Of a stretch of DNA of 64,000 nt, positions 39,896-49,950 are shown piece after piece. The DNA comes from a virus, in the IMG/VR virus record IMGVR_UViG_3300007734_000755, positions 1-64,000 of that record. One strand, 5' to 3'. Below the pieces are notes generated by a model. The model was not told where the DNA came from, did not search any database, and saw only the letters and a program-made list of their open reading frames with translations. Position numbers and translations under genes: made by a program. The number at the start of each line of letters is the position of its first letter. Positions within the stretch are counted from its first letter, which is position 1.

Positions 39896-41340
39896 CTAAT
39901 TCATCCTGTGTCCCGCCTTTAGGTAGGACTCTAATGTCCCGTGCGAAAGAATAGGATCTGTATAGGCATCAACAAAACCCTTTAGCTTTTCAAGCTCTTC
40001 TGGTTTTGCCTTATGAACAACTTCAACCTTCTTTGATGTTGGGGTTGGAGCGTAATACTTGTGATAAGGAAGATAAATTCTGCTCACAGTTTCGTTTGTT
40101 GTATCTACGGCCTTAACCATATACCAATTCTTGGGGCCAGTTCCAATCATTTCGTCCAGAAACTTGTTGAAGACTCCACTCGAGAAGTCTTCAATTACGA
40201 CCATTTTTTCTCCCTTTGGAGTACTTGCCCATCTCCAATCCTTTGCCATACCATTTAGCATACACCCTGGGCCAAATCCAATTTCATGGAGCCAGATAAA
40301 AGCAGCGTCCAAATTAGCTCGCTTTTCCAAGATATATTTTCGCTTAGCAGCAAATTTTACCGGACACTGGGTGGAGAAATGTCCTGCGTCTCCACACCCC
40401 CCACAAATCTTCTTAAGACCCTTGGCCTTATTAAGGACCTTCTTGGCATAAATATCCCCTGCTGAGGCACACTCCAAGAGTCTTTTACATTCAAGGGGGG
40501 TATGCGGTGGAGTAGTACCGCAGTAGGCGCATCTTGTGTTGTTGCGTGTCGTATACATTGGTCTCATTAAACCTCTACTTTTGTTTTTAATTCTTTCTTG
40601 GCAGCCCGATTGGCCTTCCAGTAAGATTCAGCGTCTGAATACTTAAGGATTAGTGGCTTAAGATCCATAAACTTAGAAACGGTGTTATGGACTTCTTCCT
40701 CGGTCGCCTCTGAAATTACGTCGTACCCCGATACGGACAAATCTCTCATTTCCTTATCTGTAGGATGTTCTCTGCCACCATCAATTTTTCTTATCCAAGT
40801 TTTAGCTCCTTCTTGGAGAGGCCCTGTTGCTGTAAGAGACAATTCTAGTACCTTGCGGTATAGACCGGGAATTGACATTTCTGTTGTGAATCTCTGATTC
40901 ACTTTTTCTGGCTCGGCCAAAGTATCAATCTTAAGATAACCAGTACTTTCTGTTCTAACGCCCTGAACATTGACTCTGGAAATTATAAAATTTGCGTACT
41001 CATAACTATGAGTACCATCTCTATTGGTTTGTGGAGTTGAATAATACCGGTATGGTAATGGCCCGTAAAGGAATGCTCCTGTCGCGATTTTCTTCTCCTT
41101 AATAATGGAGATCGCCGCACAGGTTCCTGCCCAGTCGGATTTTGCTTCTAGCAAATCTTGGTTATATCTTTCTAGACATCTAGCGAGATTATGATCTTCA
41201 CTCTTGCAGAAGGAGCATTTTCTAGCCTTTACTCTTTCTAGTTGTCCCTTAGCCCAATCATCTCCATTTGCGGCGGAGGCAATCATTGTTGGACACTTTA
41301 GTCTATTGTGCCCCATCGTATAGCAATAACTACATCTCAT
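39896..41340 (-). CDS. two paralogous double CCHC zinc-knuckle proteins (39896..40567, 40567..41340)
   Basis: CxxCxxxxHxxxxC twice in each N-terminus, linked by a shared A.GD..AK segment. Confidence 0.75.
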
Positions 41341-41683
41341 CTTTTGTTTCTCCTTCAGAATCTTCGTAAAACATATCTTCGATAACGCTGCTTATTTCAT
41401 CTGCCCCCATCGCAGATAGCTCCTCTAGAGTTTTTCCTCTTAGAATGGAGACAACATCATAAACATATGGGGCGAACTCGCTTCTTAGTATAAGGACTGT
41501 GTCTTTTTCTGTCAACTCTAGGAGAAAGTATCCATCCTCATAAATCCATCTCGATTTAGTGAGATTAGAAATGCCGGCGTTCAACGCCTCTAGCATTGTT
41601 TCTCTTACTTCGTTTCTGAATTGATTTCTTCTATTATAAAAGCTCTCAAGCACCATGCTCAACCTCGTCTTTGGTGAGAACAC
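41330..41683 (-). CDS. hypothetical protein, preceded by promoter 41684-41712
   Basis: ORF; TTGACG-17-TACACT. Confidence 0.6.
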   Translation of the reverse strand: MFSPKTRLSMVLESFYNRRNQFRNEVRETMLEALNAGISNLTKSRWIYEDGYFLLELTEKDTVLILRSEFAPYVYDVVSILRGKTLEELSAMGADEISSVIEDMFYEDSEGETKDEM

Positions 41684-41722
41684 AGTGTAGCAGGAGGGGA
41701 CTTTGCCGTCAATCTCGAGCTA

Positions 41723-42760
41723 TTAATCTATATCTGAGGGCTTCTTATCTGGTTCGTTCTTATTTCTTGGTTTGGGATCTGGCGAGGGCGGAAGAGAACT
41801 TATATCTTCTCTTCCGCTAATAAAGTCAATAACCGCTCCCATCACATCCAACAACATTGTAACATCAGCTAGGGCATCATGCCAACCCTTGTTTTCTACA
41901 TCGAAAGCCTTTATGAGCTTTCCCAGAGATACTGTTAACTTTCCCTTGTCACTGGTTAGGGCTCTTAGAAGCCGACTATCCTCTGGAGATAGTTCTACCC
42001 CTGCCGCAGAATCCTGTTGAAACTTCTTTAGACCAGGGACCAAAAACTTTCTGAATAGATTAACCGTATCAAATACGATATCATGAGGAGGTTGCATACC
42101 AGCTCTCGTATAGAAGTTATTAACATAGCCGACATCGAACGGAGCATTTTGTGCAACCAATACTCTTCTTGGATATTTATCCAGAAATTCAATAAATTGA
42201 CGAGCAGCATCCACTGGGGAAACAAACTTAACGCTGGCGGGAACATCGCCAAGTTTTGTACCCTCTGGCGCATTAAGGAAGGCAGATCTCTTAGCCTTTT
42301 CTTTATTGGGAGAAACTCCATATCCTGTCATTCTAAATATATCTGGAATGGTTTTGAATGGTAATTTTCCCTGTCTAACTCTCTTAACTCCCGGAGCGGC
42401 ATCAACTGCGGCAGCTCTTGCGTCCCTTACTCTTTCCTGACCCTTCTCTTTTTCCCACCCCATGAATCCCTTGGTTCTATCAGCAAGCTTTACCTTGATA
42501 TTAAACTTTTCTAGAATCTCCGGCTTATCCTTAAACCCATTTACGTTAACTGCTATGGCAGCAATCTGCGTTATTTGGTTATAATCTTTTTCTGAGGCTA
42601 ATCCGGTTGTTTCCGTATCAAAGAATATCCACGTCTTATTGGAGGATTTTTCAATCTTTTCAAGGAACTCTGCAAAACTACTCCCATAATCTTCGGACCT
42701 TAAGACATCTTCTTTCAACGTCTTAAATTTTCTCCAACTTTCAAATAGTTTTATCATCAT
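41723..42760 (-). CDS. DEDDh 3'-5' exonuclease (DnaQ-like) with LFESWRKF leader
   Basis: FFDTETTG, AQNAPFD, WHDALAD. Confidence 0.88.
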   Translation of the reverse strand: MMIKLFESWRKFKTLKEDVLRSEDYGSSFAEFLEKIEKSSNKTWIFFDTETTGLASEKDYNQITQIAAIAVNVNGFKDKPEILEKFNIKVKLADRTKGFMGWEKEKGQERVRDARAAAVDAAPGVKRVRQGKLPFKTIPDIFRMTGYGVSPNKEKAKRSAFLNAPEGTKLGDVPASVKFVSPVDAARQFIEFLDKYPRRVLVAQNAPFDVGYVNNFYTRAGMQPPHDIVFDTVNLFRKFLVPGLKKFQQDSAAGVELSPEDSRLLRALTSDKGKLTVSLGKLIKAFDVENKGWHDALADVTMLLDVMGAVIDFISGREDISSLPPSPDPKPRNKNEPDKKPSDID

Positions 42761-42762
42761 TC

Positions 42763-43161
42763 TTAATCTTCCTTCTTATGCCTGTACTGTTGTTTCTTAA
42801 CCTTCTTTTCTTTCTTTGGTTCTTGTTTGGGCTTTTCCTTGGCCACAAATGGCTTGATAGCTCCATCTAATTCCTTGACCGAAATCCAGTCATGACCCTT
42901 AACATAATCCTTGCTGTCATTTTCATATATTTTTACCAAGGCATATTTTTCTTCTGTTTCCTCATCCGTTTGAAACTTAGTAATCTCAAACGGAGAATTA
43001 CCTCCAACTGTTATAGCAAGAGTTCTTCTGCAATATGGAATCTTATCTAACAAATCTGCTTTGGTACAAAAAGAATAAAGAGGACCTGTTTCTATTTCTA
43101 GGTTCTTTTCGAGGTCTTCTTCCTCTGTAAATCTCCTAAAATTTTCTAATAGTTCCCTCAT
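42763..43161 (-). CDS. hypothetical protein with MRELLENFRRFTEE leader
   Basis: CTATTTA motif at 43201-43207 upstream. Confidence 0.7.
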   Translation of the reverse strand: MRELLENFRRFTEEEDLEKNLEIETGPLYSFCTKADLLDKIPYCRRTLAITVGGNSPFEITKFQTDEETEEKYALVKIYENDSKDYVKGHDWISVKELDGAIKPFVAKEKPKQEPKKEKKVKKQQYRHKKED

Positions 43162-43238
43162 ATGTATGCCCCAGGGGTATAGTAGTGGTCTAGTACCCTA
43201 TAAATAGTATAGAAAAACATAAGACACAAATACTCGTG

Positions 43239-43764
43239 TCAAAGTATCTCCCAACAAACTTCTTCCTTCGAAAGCCAAACGGATTGCGTGTTTTCCGACA
43301 AATCAATATAACATATTTCGAATGCATTATCGAAAAGTTGATCAGAAACGATTCCCTCTAGCTCCCAAGGGTGATCTCTGTTAAACGGAGGAAGAAACCT
43401 TACTTTTACTAGGTCTCCTGTTTGTGGAAGCGGTTTTTGATAGATCATTTTTTCCTTCTTTATCCTCAACAAGAACCTTTATTGTATTCCTAGCGTTTGA
43501 ATAAACTGCGGAGAACGGAACATGGGTCTTAACCCAAGTAATCATTTCGTCATCTGACCCAAACGGTCTAGAGTATACTGTTAGTTCTGTTTTGTTTTTG
43601 TAATTAAATCCTGACGCCACTTCTTTCCAATCCTTAAAGGTTGGATCAAGGATCTTGGTATATGCGCCTTTCTTGATACCGTCTATTTGAATACGGTAAT
43701 CGGTTTTATCCTTCATTTTTATATAGGCCCAAACTGTTGCTTTCATTGTTTTTTGTGAGAACAA
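43239..43764 (-). CDS. two hypothetical proteins (43239..43472, 43381..43764)
   Basis: ORF track. Confidence 0.55.
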
Positions 43765-43806
43765 AATCGTTCTCTCCCTTGTTAATTATTGTTGATGTTT
43801 TCTATC

Positions 43807-44226
43807 TTACTGAACTTCAAAATCTTTTTGGAGCGGTACTTTTTTTGGTACTGATGGAATCGTTATTGTTAATACTCCATTTTCCAGAGTTGATGTCAGT
43901 TTCTCCCAATTTAATTGGGAAACATTATGCGACACCTTAAACGATGGAATAAATCTACTATTTGTGCAGGTAAGGGTCAATTCCTTGCCGTCTGTAACTC
44001 TTATCTTAATATCATCTTTCTTTGCTCCAGGTAGTGGGATAAAAATTTTCTGTCCTTCTACGCTAGTTTCGTACGCTGCCTCTTTGTAGCAGAAGCTACT
44101 AGTCATCAATAAGTCTCGTTTAGTAGTTTTGCCACCTGTCTGGACTGGTGTAGGACCAAACATTTCTTCGAGAACAGAGTTTACGTCCGTTAAAACAGTA
44201 GACCAATCATTTACGTTGCTATTCAT
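43807..44226 (-). CDS. small heat-shock protein (Hsp20)
   Basis: LPGAKKDDIKIRV...LENGVLTITIP; AGGAG before ATG 44226. Confidence 0.85.
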   Translation of the reverse strand: MNSNVNDWSTVLTDVNSVLEEMFGPTPVQTGGKTTKRDLLMTSSFCYKEAAYETSVEGQKIFIPLPGAKKDDIKIRVTDGKELTLTCTNSRFIPSFKVSHNVSQLNWEKLTSTLENGVLTITIPSVPKKVPLQKDFEVQ

Positions 44227-44284
44227 TATTTTTTTCTCCTTGTTAATGGTTGTTGCCAACCGGCTCATTATAATCTGAGTGTTG

Positions 44285-45034
44285 TTATCTGTCAAGCTCG
44301 TCCGGAAATTTAGATGAATACCCAATTGATCGATACATCATCTTCAAAAGGTTTATCTTTAACAAGATCTTAGGATATCTGTTTCCCAGCTTAGAAAGGG
44401 AGTGTACGTCTGTAAACATCTTCTCTGCATAAACGTTAAAATCGTTTTCGTCGTTTGTTAAAGAATAATTCTTTAAGAACCCATCAGATAACAAATCTTC
44501 TGTAACACCCTCAGAGAAACTCTGGCTTCTTAAACATTTATTTAGATAATCCTTGGTGTAATAATATCTATTCTTCACCATCTTCCATTCTAAGATCTGA
44601 ATATAGCTTAATTTCTTATAAATGTTGCTAGAGAACTCATGATTCAATGTATTAATATAAATTTTGTTTTCAAGATCGCGATTGCCGTAATCATCTAGAC
44701 ATACAAAAATAGTTTTTCCATTACTTAGCCCACCAACATCGACCCCATTAAGTTTGAGATCTCTCAGGAGGTCTATCTCTTCAATGTTCTTCTGGAGAAA
44801 TTTGTAATCGTATGTGTTTAAAAAGATAGAAAGTGGTCTATAAACACTAACAAGTTGTTGATCTGTCCCAGCGACTCCAGAAATAGAGGATGACGGGAAT
44901 GTCATGGACGCCACCCTGCAATTTATCTTAATATTGTATGCCTTAGATAGAGCATCTATCTGCTGGTTACATTCAAGACCATGAGCGTTTGTTGCAAGAA
45001 ATAAACAAAGAAACAAGAGGTATCTTAGATACAC
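44285..45034 (-). CDS. secreted zincin-like protein with degenerate HExxH
   Basis: signal peptide; LNHEFSS and YSLTNDENDFNVYAE. Confidence 0.6.
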   Translation of the reverse strand: MYLRYLLFLCLFLATNAHGLECNQQIDALSKAYNIKINCRVASMTFPSSSISGVAGTDQQLVSVYRPLSIFLNTYDYKFLQKNIEEIDLLRDLKLNGVDVGGLSNGKTIFVCLDDYGNRDLENKIYINTLNHEFSSNIYKKLSYIQILEWKMVKNRYYYTKDYLNKCLRSQSFSEGVTEDLLSDGFLKNYSLTNDENDFNVYAEKMFTDVHSLSKLGNRYPKILLKINLLKMMYRSIGYSSKFPDELDR

Positions 45035-45046
45035 GACTTAGCCTGG

Positions 45047-45753
45047 CTAATGAACTCTAATACTGTACCCTGTTATTCTGGCAAACGATGTTTCAATTTC
45101 CTCAAGAATTTTTTTGTTCTGAGAAAAAGTTTCTATGGTGTTCTTAGCAACTAGAAATTCTTTTCCGCTTTGTTCTAAAAGTTCTTTTGCTTCCGCCGAA
45201 AATTTATCAATTGTATTGATATACAAATTAGCGAGCCTAAAACTTCGATCATCAGATGGGCAGTTGTTCAACAGCTCTGTAAGGACTAGCTTACCTCTCA
45301 TTCGCATAGAGGTCAACAGCTTGTCTACTTCTTCGAGTTTGTTTCTCTCAATCTTAAATTTTTGAGTCTTCATTTACCAGCTGATCCAAGTTCCTTAAGA
45401 GTCTTGATCGCATCAACCAATTCAGATAAACCTTTTGGGTCCGCTGATTTTTCGACTTCCGGCTGTGGAGGAATTGGGGCTGGAGGCTGTTCTTTTTTTG
45501 GAGCTAAATGTTCTGCATATGCCCCAATGTTGTTCTTGAGGCTTTCTAACATAATACTAACAACCCCAATGTTTTCTTGAGCTTGAGTTATGGCTTCAAT
45601 AGACCCCTCTAGATCTCTCTCTAAACAGTGAGCTGCAAAAGACTTAAGGTTGCAAACCATTTCATTCGCAGACTCTGCGGCATCTTCGGCATCATTTGCC
45701 ATTTTTCGTAGCCACTCTTCCTTCTTAGTAACTGATGTATAATATACTAACAC
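45047..45753 (-). CDS. two helical hypothetical proteins (45047..45373, 45370..45753)
   Basis: ORF track. Confidence 0.6.
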
Positions 45754-45754
45754 T

Positions 45755-47323
45755 CTATACCTCCACTATTGCATTACTCGTCGTAATGAGGGTTGATACT
45801 ACCGATATTGAATTTCTGACGGCAGCCGTGGTTACTCTAACAGGATCCACGATTCCTGCTTTATATAAGTCTATAATAACTTTCTTCTTAACGTCTAGCC
45901 CAAACCCATATTTTGACTTAAGCACTTTTGACGCAAGTACCTGAGATTCTAGGTCAAGATTGTCGCAAATCTTCTCGAATGGGGCAACTAGGGATCTCTT
46001 AACTATGTCGTATCCTATGGCCTGTTCCTCGGCTAGGGAAGGGGTTTTAAGGGCCTTAGCTGCCTTCAGGAGCGTTGTTCCGCCACCAGGGTGAATACCG
46101 CCTAGCTGTGCTGACTTAACCGCTTCTAGGGCATCCTCAATACGGTGTTTCTTTTCTATAATTTCTACCTCACTCGACCCACCAACTCGTATGGTAACAA
46201 CCCCGCTGGAGAGTCTCGTTATTCGCTCCTGGATTCTCTTACATTCCTCGAGATCATCTGTCTCCTTAATAAGATCTCTAAGCGATTCAGTACGCTTTTC
46301 AACCTCTACCATTGATCCCTTTCCGCCTATAATTGCAGACTGTTGCTTGCCAATTTCTACAGACTTACATCTGCCAAAATCAGAGAGAGTAAACTGGGAA
46401 AAATCCTCCCCCGACTCGCGAGTAAAGAACTTTCCGCCGGTTGCTATTGCAAGATCAGATAAGACGTTTCTTCTTTCCTCTCCATAATATGGGGCCTTGA
46501 CAGCAACAACCTTCATGGAATTTTTTATCGTATTCATGATAAGAGAAGCAAGCAACTGTCCCTCAATATCATCCGTCACGATTATCAACGGCTTCTTTTC
46601 TCTTGCTGCTAATTCCAATACTGGGAGTATTGGTTCGACATATTCAAGTTTCCAATCAGTAATGAAAAGGAGACAATCATTGTGTTTCGCAACCTTTCTC
46701 ATCTCATCAGTTATAAACCTTGACGATAAAAATCCAGATTCAAAGATGAATCCTTCTGTTAGGTCTAATTCTGTTTCATATGACTTAGAATCGTCGATTG
46801 TTATTGCTCCATTCTTACCGGCAAGATCAACTGCCTTAGTTATTAACTTCCCAATAACAGCGTCATTATTAGATGATATGGTGGCAATATTTTCTATATC
46901 AGCAAGGCTGGTTATATCCTTGGAGTTTTCCACAATAAACTTAATAGCATCTTCGCAGGCTAAATCCATACCGCGCTTCATTTCTGTTGGAGAAACTCCG
47001 GATGATAAATATTTCTGAGCCTCACATAACATGCGGTACGCCAGTAGGGTACTAGTAGTGGTCCCATCTCCGGCTTCGTTTGCGGTCTGTAGAGCAGCTT
47101 GCTTTAGAATTTGTGCTCCAACATTCTCAAATGGGTCATCAAAATCAACAAACCGAGCTACAGTTACTCCGTCTTTTGTTATTATTGGTCTTCTTTCTTT
47201 CTGTTGTAGTATTACGTTTCTCCCTCCAGGCCCAAGAGTAGAAGAAACGATATTAGATAGCTTTTCTACTCCGGATAGTATCTTTTCTTGAAGGAGTTTG
47301 TTCCCCTCGTACACCTTTGACAT
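45755..47323 (-). CDS. groEL: chaperonin GroEL (Cpn60)
   Basis: TLGPGGRNV, ITKDGVTVA, GDGTTT, KHRIEDAL, GIVDP. Confidence 0.95.
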   Translation of the reverse strand: MSKVYEGNKLLQEKILSGVEKLSNIVSSTLGPGGRNVILQQKERRPIITKDGVTVARFVDFDDPFENVGAQILKQAALQTANEAGDGTTTSTLLAYRMLCEAQKYLSSGVSPTEMKRGMDLACEDAIKFIVENSKDITSLADIENIATISSNNDAVIGKLITKAVDLAGKNGAITIDDSKSYETELDLTEGFIFESGFLSSRFITDEMRKVAKHNDCLLFITDWKLEYVEPILPVLELAAREKKPLIIVTDDIEGQLLASLIMNTIKNSMKVVAVKAPYYGEERRNVLSDLAIATGGKFFTRESGEDFSQFTLSDFGRCKSVEIGKQQSAIIGGKGSMVEVEKRTESLRDLIKETDDLEECKRIQERITRLSSGVVTIRVGGSSEVEIIEKKHRIEDALEAVKSAQLGGIHPGGGTTLLKAAKALKTPSLAEEQAIGYDIVKRSLVAPFEKICDNLDLESQVLASKVLKSKYGFGLDVKKKVIIDLYKAGIVDPVRVTTAAVRNSISVVSTLITTSNAIVEV

Positions 47324-47783
47324 TAACAGCCTCTTTTAAATATTGTATTAGCGATTCAGTTATATTTCTCTTATCCCTATAAGTGATAGCCTCTTCGAGT
47401 GTATCAAAGAACTTACTTCTTATTAAGGAGCCCTCCTTGATATTCCCGGCCAAATCGTTTCCGGGAACTTCAAGGACAAACTTGCACTTAGCCTTTGGAC
47501 TATATGGCCCGTCTGTTAGAGGTTGTACATTAGGAATGTAATCAACAATGTTGCCATATTTCCCTATAAAAACCATATCCAGCGGAATATAAGTTTCCTT
47601 CATTTGGAAGGTGTGTACTTCTTCATTTGGCATATCAAAGAACATGCCAAAACCATCCTCTAGTTTTGTTTTTCTTGATAAACCGCTTTTTCTCTTCTCG
47701 TCGTCACTCGCAATCTCGACTGCATAATGCTTGTTGCCTAGTTTAATATATCCAAATGGTTTTGTCAAGATTTTCTTTTTCAT
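47253..47783 (-). CDS. DUF192-family protein
   Basis: GMFF...FQMKETYIPLDMVFI...FVLEVP. Confidence 0.8.
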   Translation of the reverse strand: MKKKILTKPFGYIKLGNKHYAVEIASDDEKRKSGLSRKTKLEDGFGMFFDMPNEEVHTFQMKETYIPLDMVFIGKYGNIVDYIPNVQPLTDGPYSPKAKCKFVLEVPGNDLAGNIKEGSLIRSKFFDTLEEAITYRDKRNITESLIQYLKEAVNVKGVRGEQTPSRKDTIRSRKAI

Positions 47784-48718
47784 TGTTTCTTTTTCTCTGT
47801 TAAATGAGATGGGATAGCGCCAGTGGTCGTTCCTATTTCATAATCATATTCCATGGCTGGATTTATTGTCATTCTTACTGATGTGATAGGGGTGTTTGTA
47901 AAGGACAATCTTACAAACTTACGAAATACCAGCCTTGATGATTTCGTTGCAGTGTGAACATGGTAAGCATTCATTAGATATACTTTATTAGCTTGCAGAT
48001 AATAACATAGATTTTCATCGACTTGTTTTCCTACCCATTTAAAAATATTATGTTTTGCTTCATTAGCTCCTTCCATATTAAAGGTCATTGTACAAAATTT
48101 TGTTGGGGTTTGATCCGCCCATATAAATTGAAAATCTACATTCTTTTTATATGGGACTTCTGTTCCTTGCATACCGTCAATGTGCCACCCAGTTTCTCTT
48201 TGGGATTTATCGGCTTTTACTTCCATTTGGTCTATTGTTATATAACCATATCTATTATTTGTATCTAACCCCATGTCGTTTGCATAATCATAACATTCGC
48301 TTATGAATTTTTTTATTTCTGGATATTTTTCTAATCCTCCTAGAATAAATTCGCTAGAGTTAGCCGTTTTTACCATAAAATGGTTAACTCTTGTATCACC
48401 TAGATCTCCAAAATTAAAAGATCTCAGCTCTATTGGCTCTCTTGTAAATCTTAAATGTTTGAGATCAAATGGAGTTTGTGTTTCTTTAACGAAGGTAAAC
48501 TTATTTAAATCATCTGTTAGTTGTTCGTTTTGATAATCCCAAATTAGATGATTTTCATCATTCATATAATCTTTATCTTTCTGATACTTCTGAAGCATGT
48601 TTATGATTCCAGGATAAAATCCAGTTTCTAAATATCCAAGAGTGTGAACTTCTTTGAGAAACTTACTCTCATTTATGACTTCAACATACCTTCTCCACGA
48701 TTCAAAAAGTTGCTTCAT
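47780..48718 (-). CDS. 2OG-Fe(II) dioxygenase-like protein with LFESWRRY leader
   Basis: GWHIDG (HxD), distal HVH and RxFxRL. Confidence 0.65.
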   Translation of the reverse strand: MKQLFESWRRYVEVINESKFLKEVHTLGYLETGFYPGIINMLQKYQKDKDYMNDENHLIWDYQNEQLTDDLNKFTFVKETQTPFDLKHLRFTREPIELRSFNFGDLGDTRVNHFMVKTANSSEFILGGLEKYPEIKKFISECYDYANDMGLDTNNRYGYITIDQMEVKADKSQRETGWHIDGMQGTEVPYKKNVDFQFIWADQTPTKFCTMTFNMEGANEAKHNIFKWVGKQVDENLCYYLQANKVYLMNAYHVHTATKSSRLVFRKFVRLSFTNTPITSVRMTINPAMEYDYEIGTTTGAIPSHLTEKKKQ

Positions 48719-48778
48719 TCTGCCGTTTCCTTATTCTTTAAAAAACAATCATTAAACTTTCTCGATGTCGTATTTAAA

Positions 48779-49867
48779 TTATTGTGTTATTTCTTTAAAG
48801 CTGTCTTCGATGTTATCAATGGTGCCTATTATGCTCATTTTGTTCTCAGAACTGCTATTCACGGCGAAGAAGTTTAACATTTGTTTGTTTAGAGCGTTTA
48901 CTTCTTCTAACAGCTTTCCTATTCTTCCTAGTTCATGGTCTCTATACTTTAGCTTAGCTTCATATATAATTTTAGCACTAATGCTTATATCTCCCTCATA
49001 GCTGCACTTGGTATTAGAAAAGTTAGCAAGTGTGGCATTAAGCTGAGTTAGATTGTAGACCTCGCTCAGAAAATTCTGATCAAAAAGTTCTGTTGTTGTT
49101 TCGGCTCTGGCTGGTCCAAACTTTTTCTTCATGTGTTCCAACATAAGGGCTGCAAGTTCCTGCCCTCCAATTTGTTCGGGACGCTGAAAGTCAGAAAAAT
49201 ATCTGCCATACATTTCTGTTGATTTCTTTATTATTGAGTAGAAGTTTTCTGGTTCTACAAGGAATGAATAGAATTTAAAATTCGGTGGGCTCTTTAGGCA
49301 AATAAAATAAACGACATCCTTACCCTCAGCCATCATTCTCAGCAGATTATGCATAGACCCATCAAGTCTATATCTTCTTTGAGCAGAATAGAACTTATAA
49401 CTAAACCTAGCAAGAACTCTTGGTTCTACTATCTCAGCATCAGTAATGTCTGACCCGTTAAGTTGAACTCCTCTAAATAATACAGTAAAGAGAGTTTCAA
49501 ACTTGAAGCCCGCCTGTCTCGGATCTTCATTCTCGTATTCTCTTAGGATTTTATCAAACTCCTGTAGGAAAATAAAGGTTGCAACAAACTCATCCGTTCT
49601 TAGATCAGTGTGTCCTCTTGGATCCAAATATTTCTTTATCGTTTCTAGTCTATTAAAGAAATATTTATCGCTGATTATTGAATGATATATTGGAGTTGTG
49701 AGAAGTTCGTCAAATTCTCTTCGGAATTCCGATCTCCCCGACCCTACGCCGAGGGTTAACTCATCAACACCGAAAGACTCGCTTAATCTTGCCTCAATTA
49801 ATCTGACAAGGAGTTCGTTTCCCTTCTTGGGAGCATAATACTCATCTACCAACTTCTCTAATTCCAT
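48779..49867 (-). CDS. hypothetical protein, possible PD-(D/E)xK fold
   Basis: AGFKFETLF...ITDAEI...FSYKFY. Confidence 0.55.
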   Translation of the reverse strand: MELEKLVDEYYAPKKGNELLVRLIEARLSESFGVDELTLGVGSGRSEFRREFDELLTTPIYHSIISDKYFFNRLETIKKYLDPRGHTDLRTDEFVATFIFLQEFDKILREYENEDPRQAGFKFETLFTVLFRGVQLNGSDITDAEIVEPRVLARFSYKFYSAQRRYRLDGSMHNLLRMMAEGKDVVYFICLKSPPNFKFYSFLVEPENFYSIIKKSTEMYGRYFSDFQRPEQIGGQELAALMLEHMKKKFGPARAETTTELFDQNFLSEVYNLTQLNATLANFSNTKCSYEGDISISAKIIYEAKLKYRDHELGRIGKLLEEVNALNKQMLNFFAVNSSSENKMSIIGTIDNIEDSFKEITQ

Positions 49868-49900
49868 ATTTTGCCTCGTAGTAATTAGGCTTCAACAAAC

Positions 49901-49930
49901 AAAGAAGCCTGGAATTACCCAGGCTTCTTT
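49901..49930. terminator. intrinsic terminator
   Basis: AAAGAAGCCTGG-aattac-CCAGGCTTCTTT with T tracts on both strands. Confidence 0.8.
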
Positions 49931-49950
49931 TGATTCTTAGGAATGAATCG

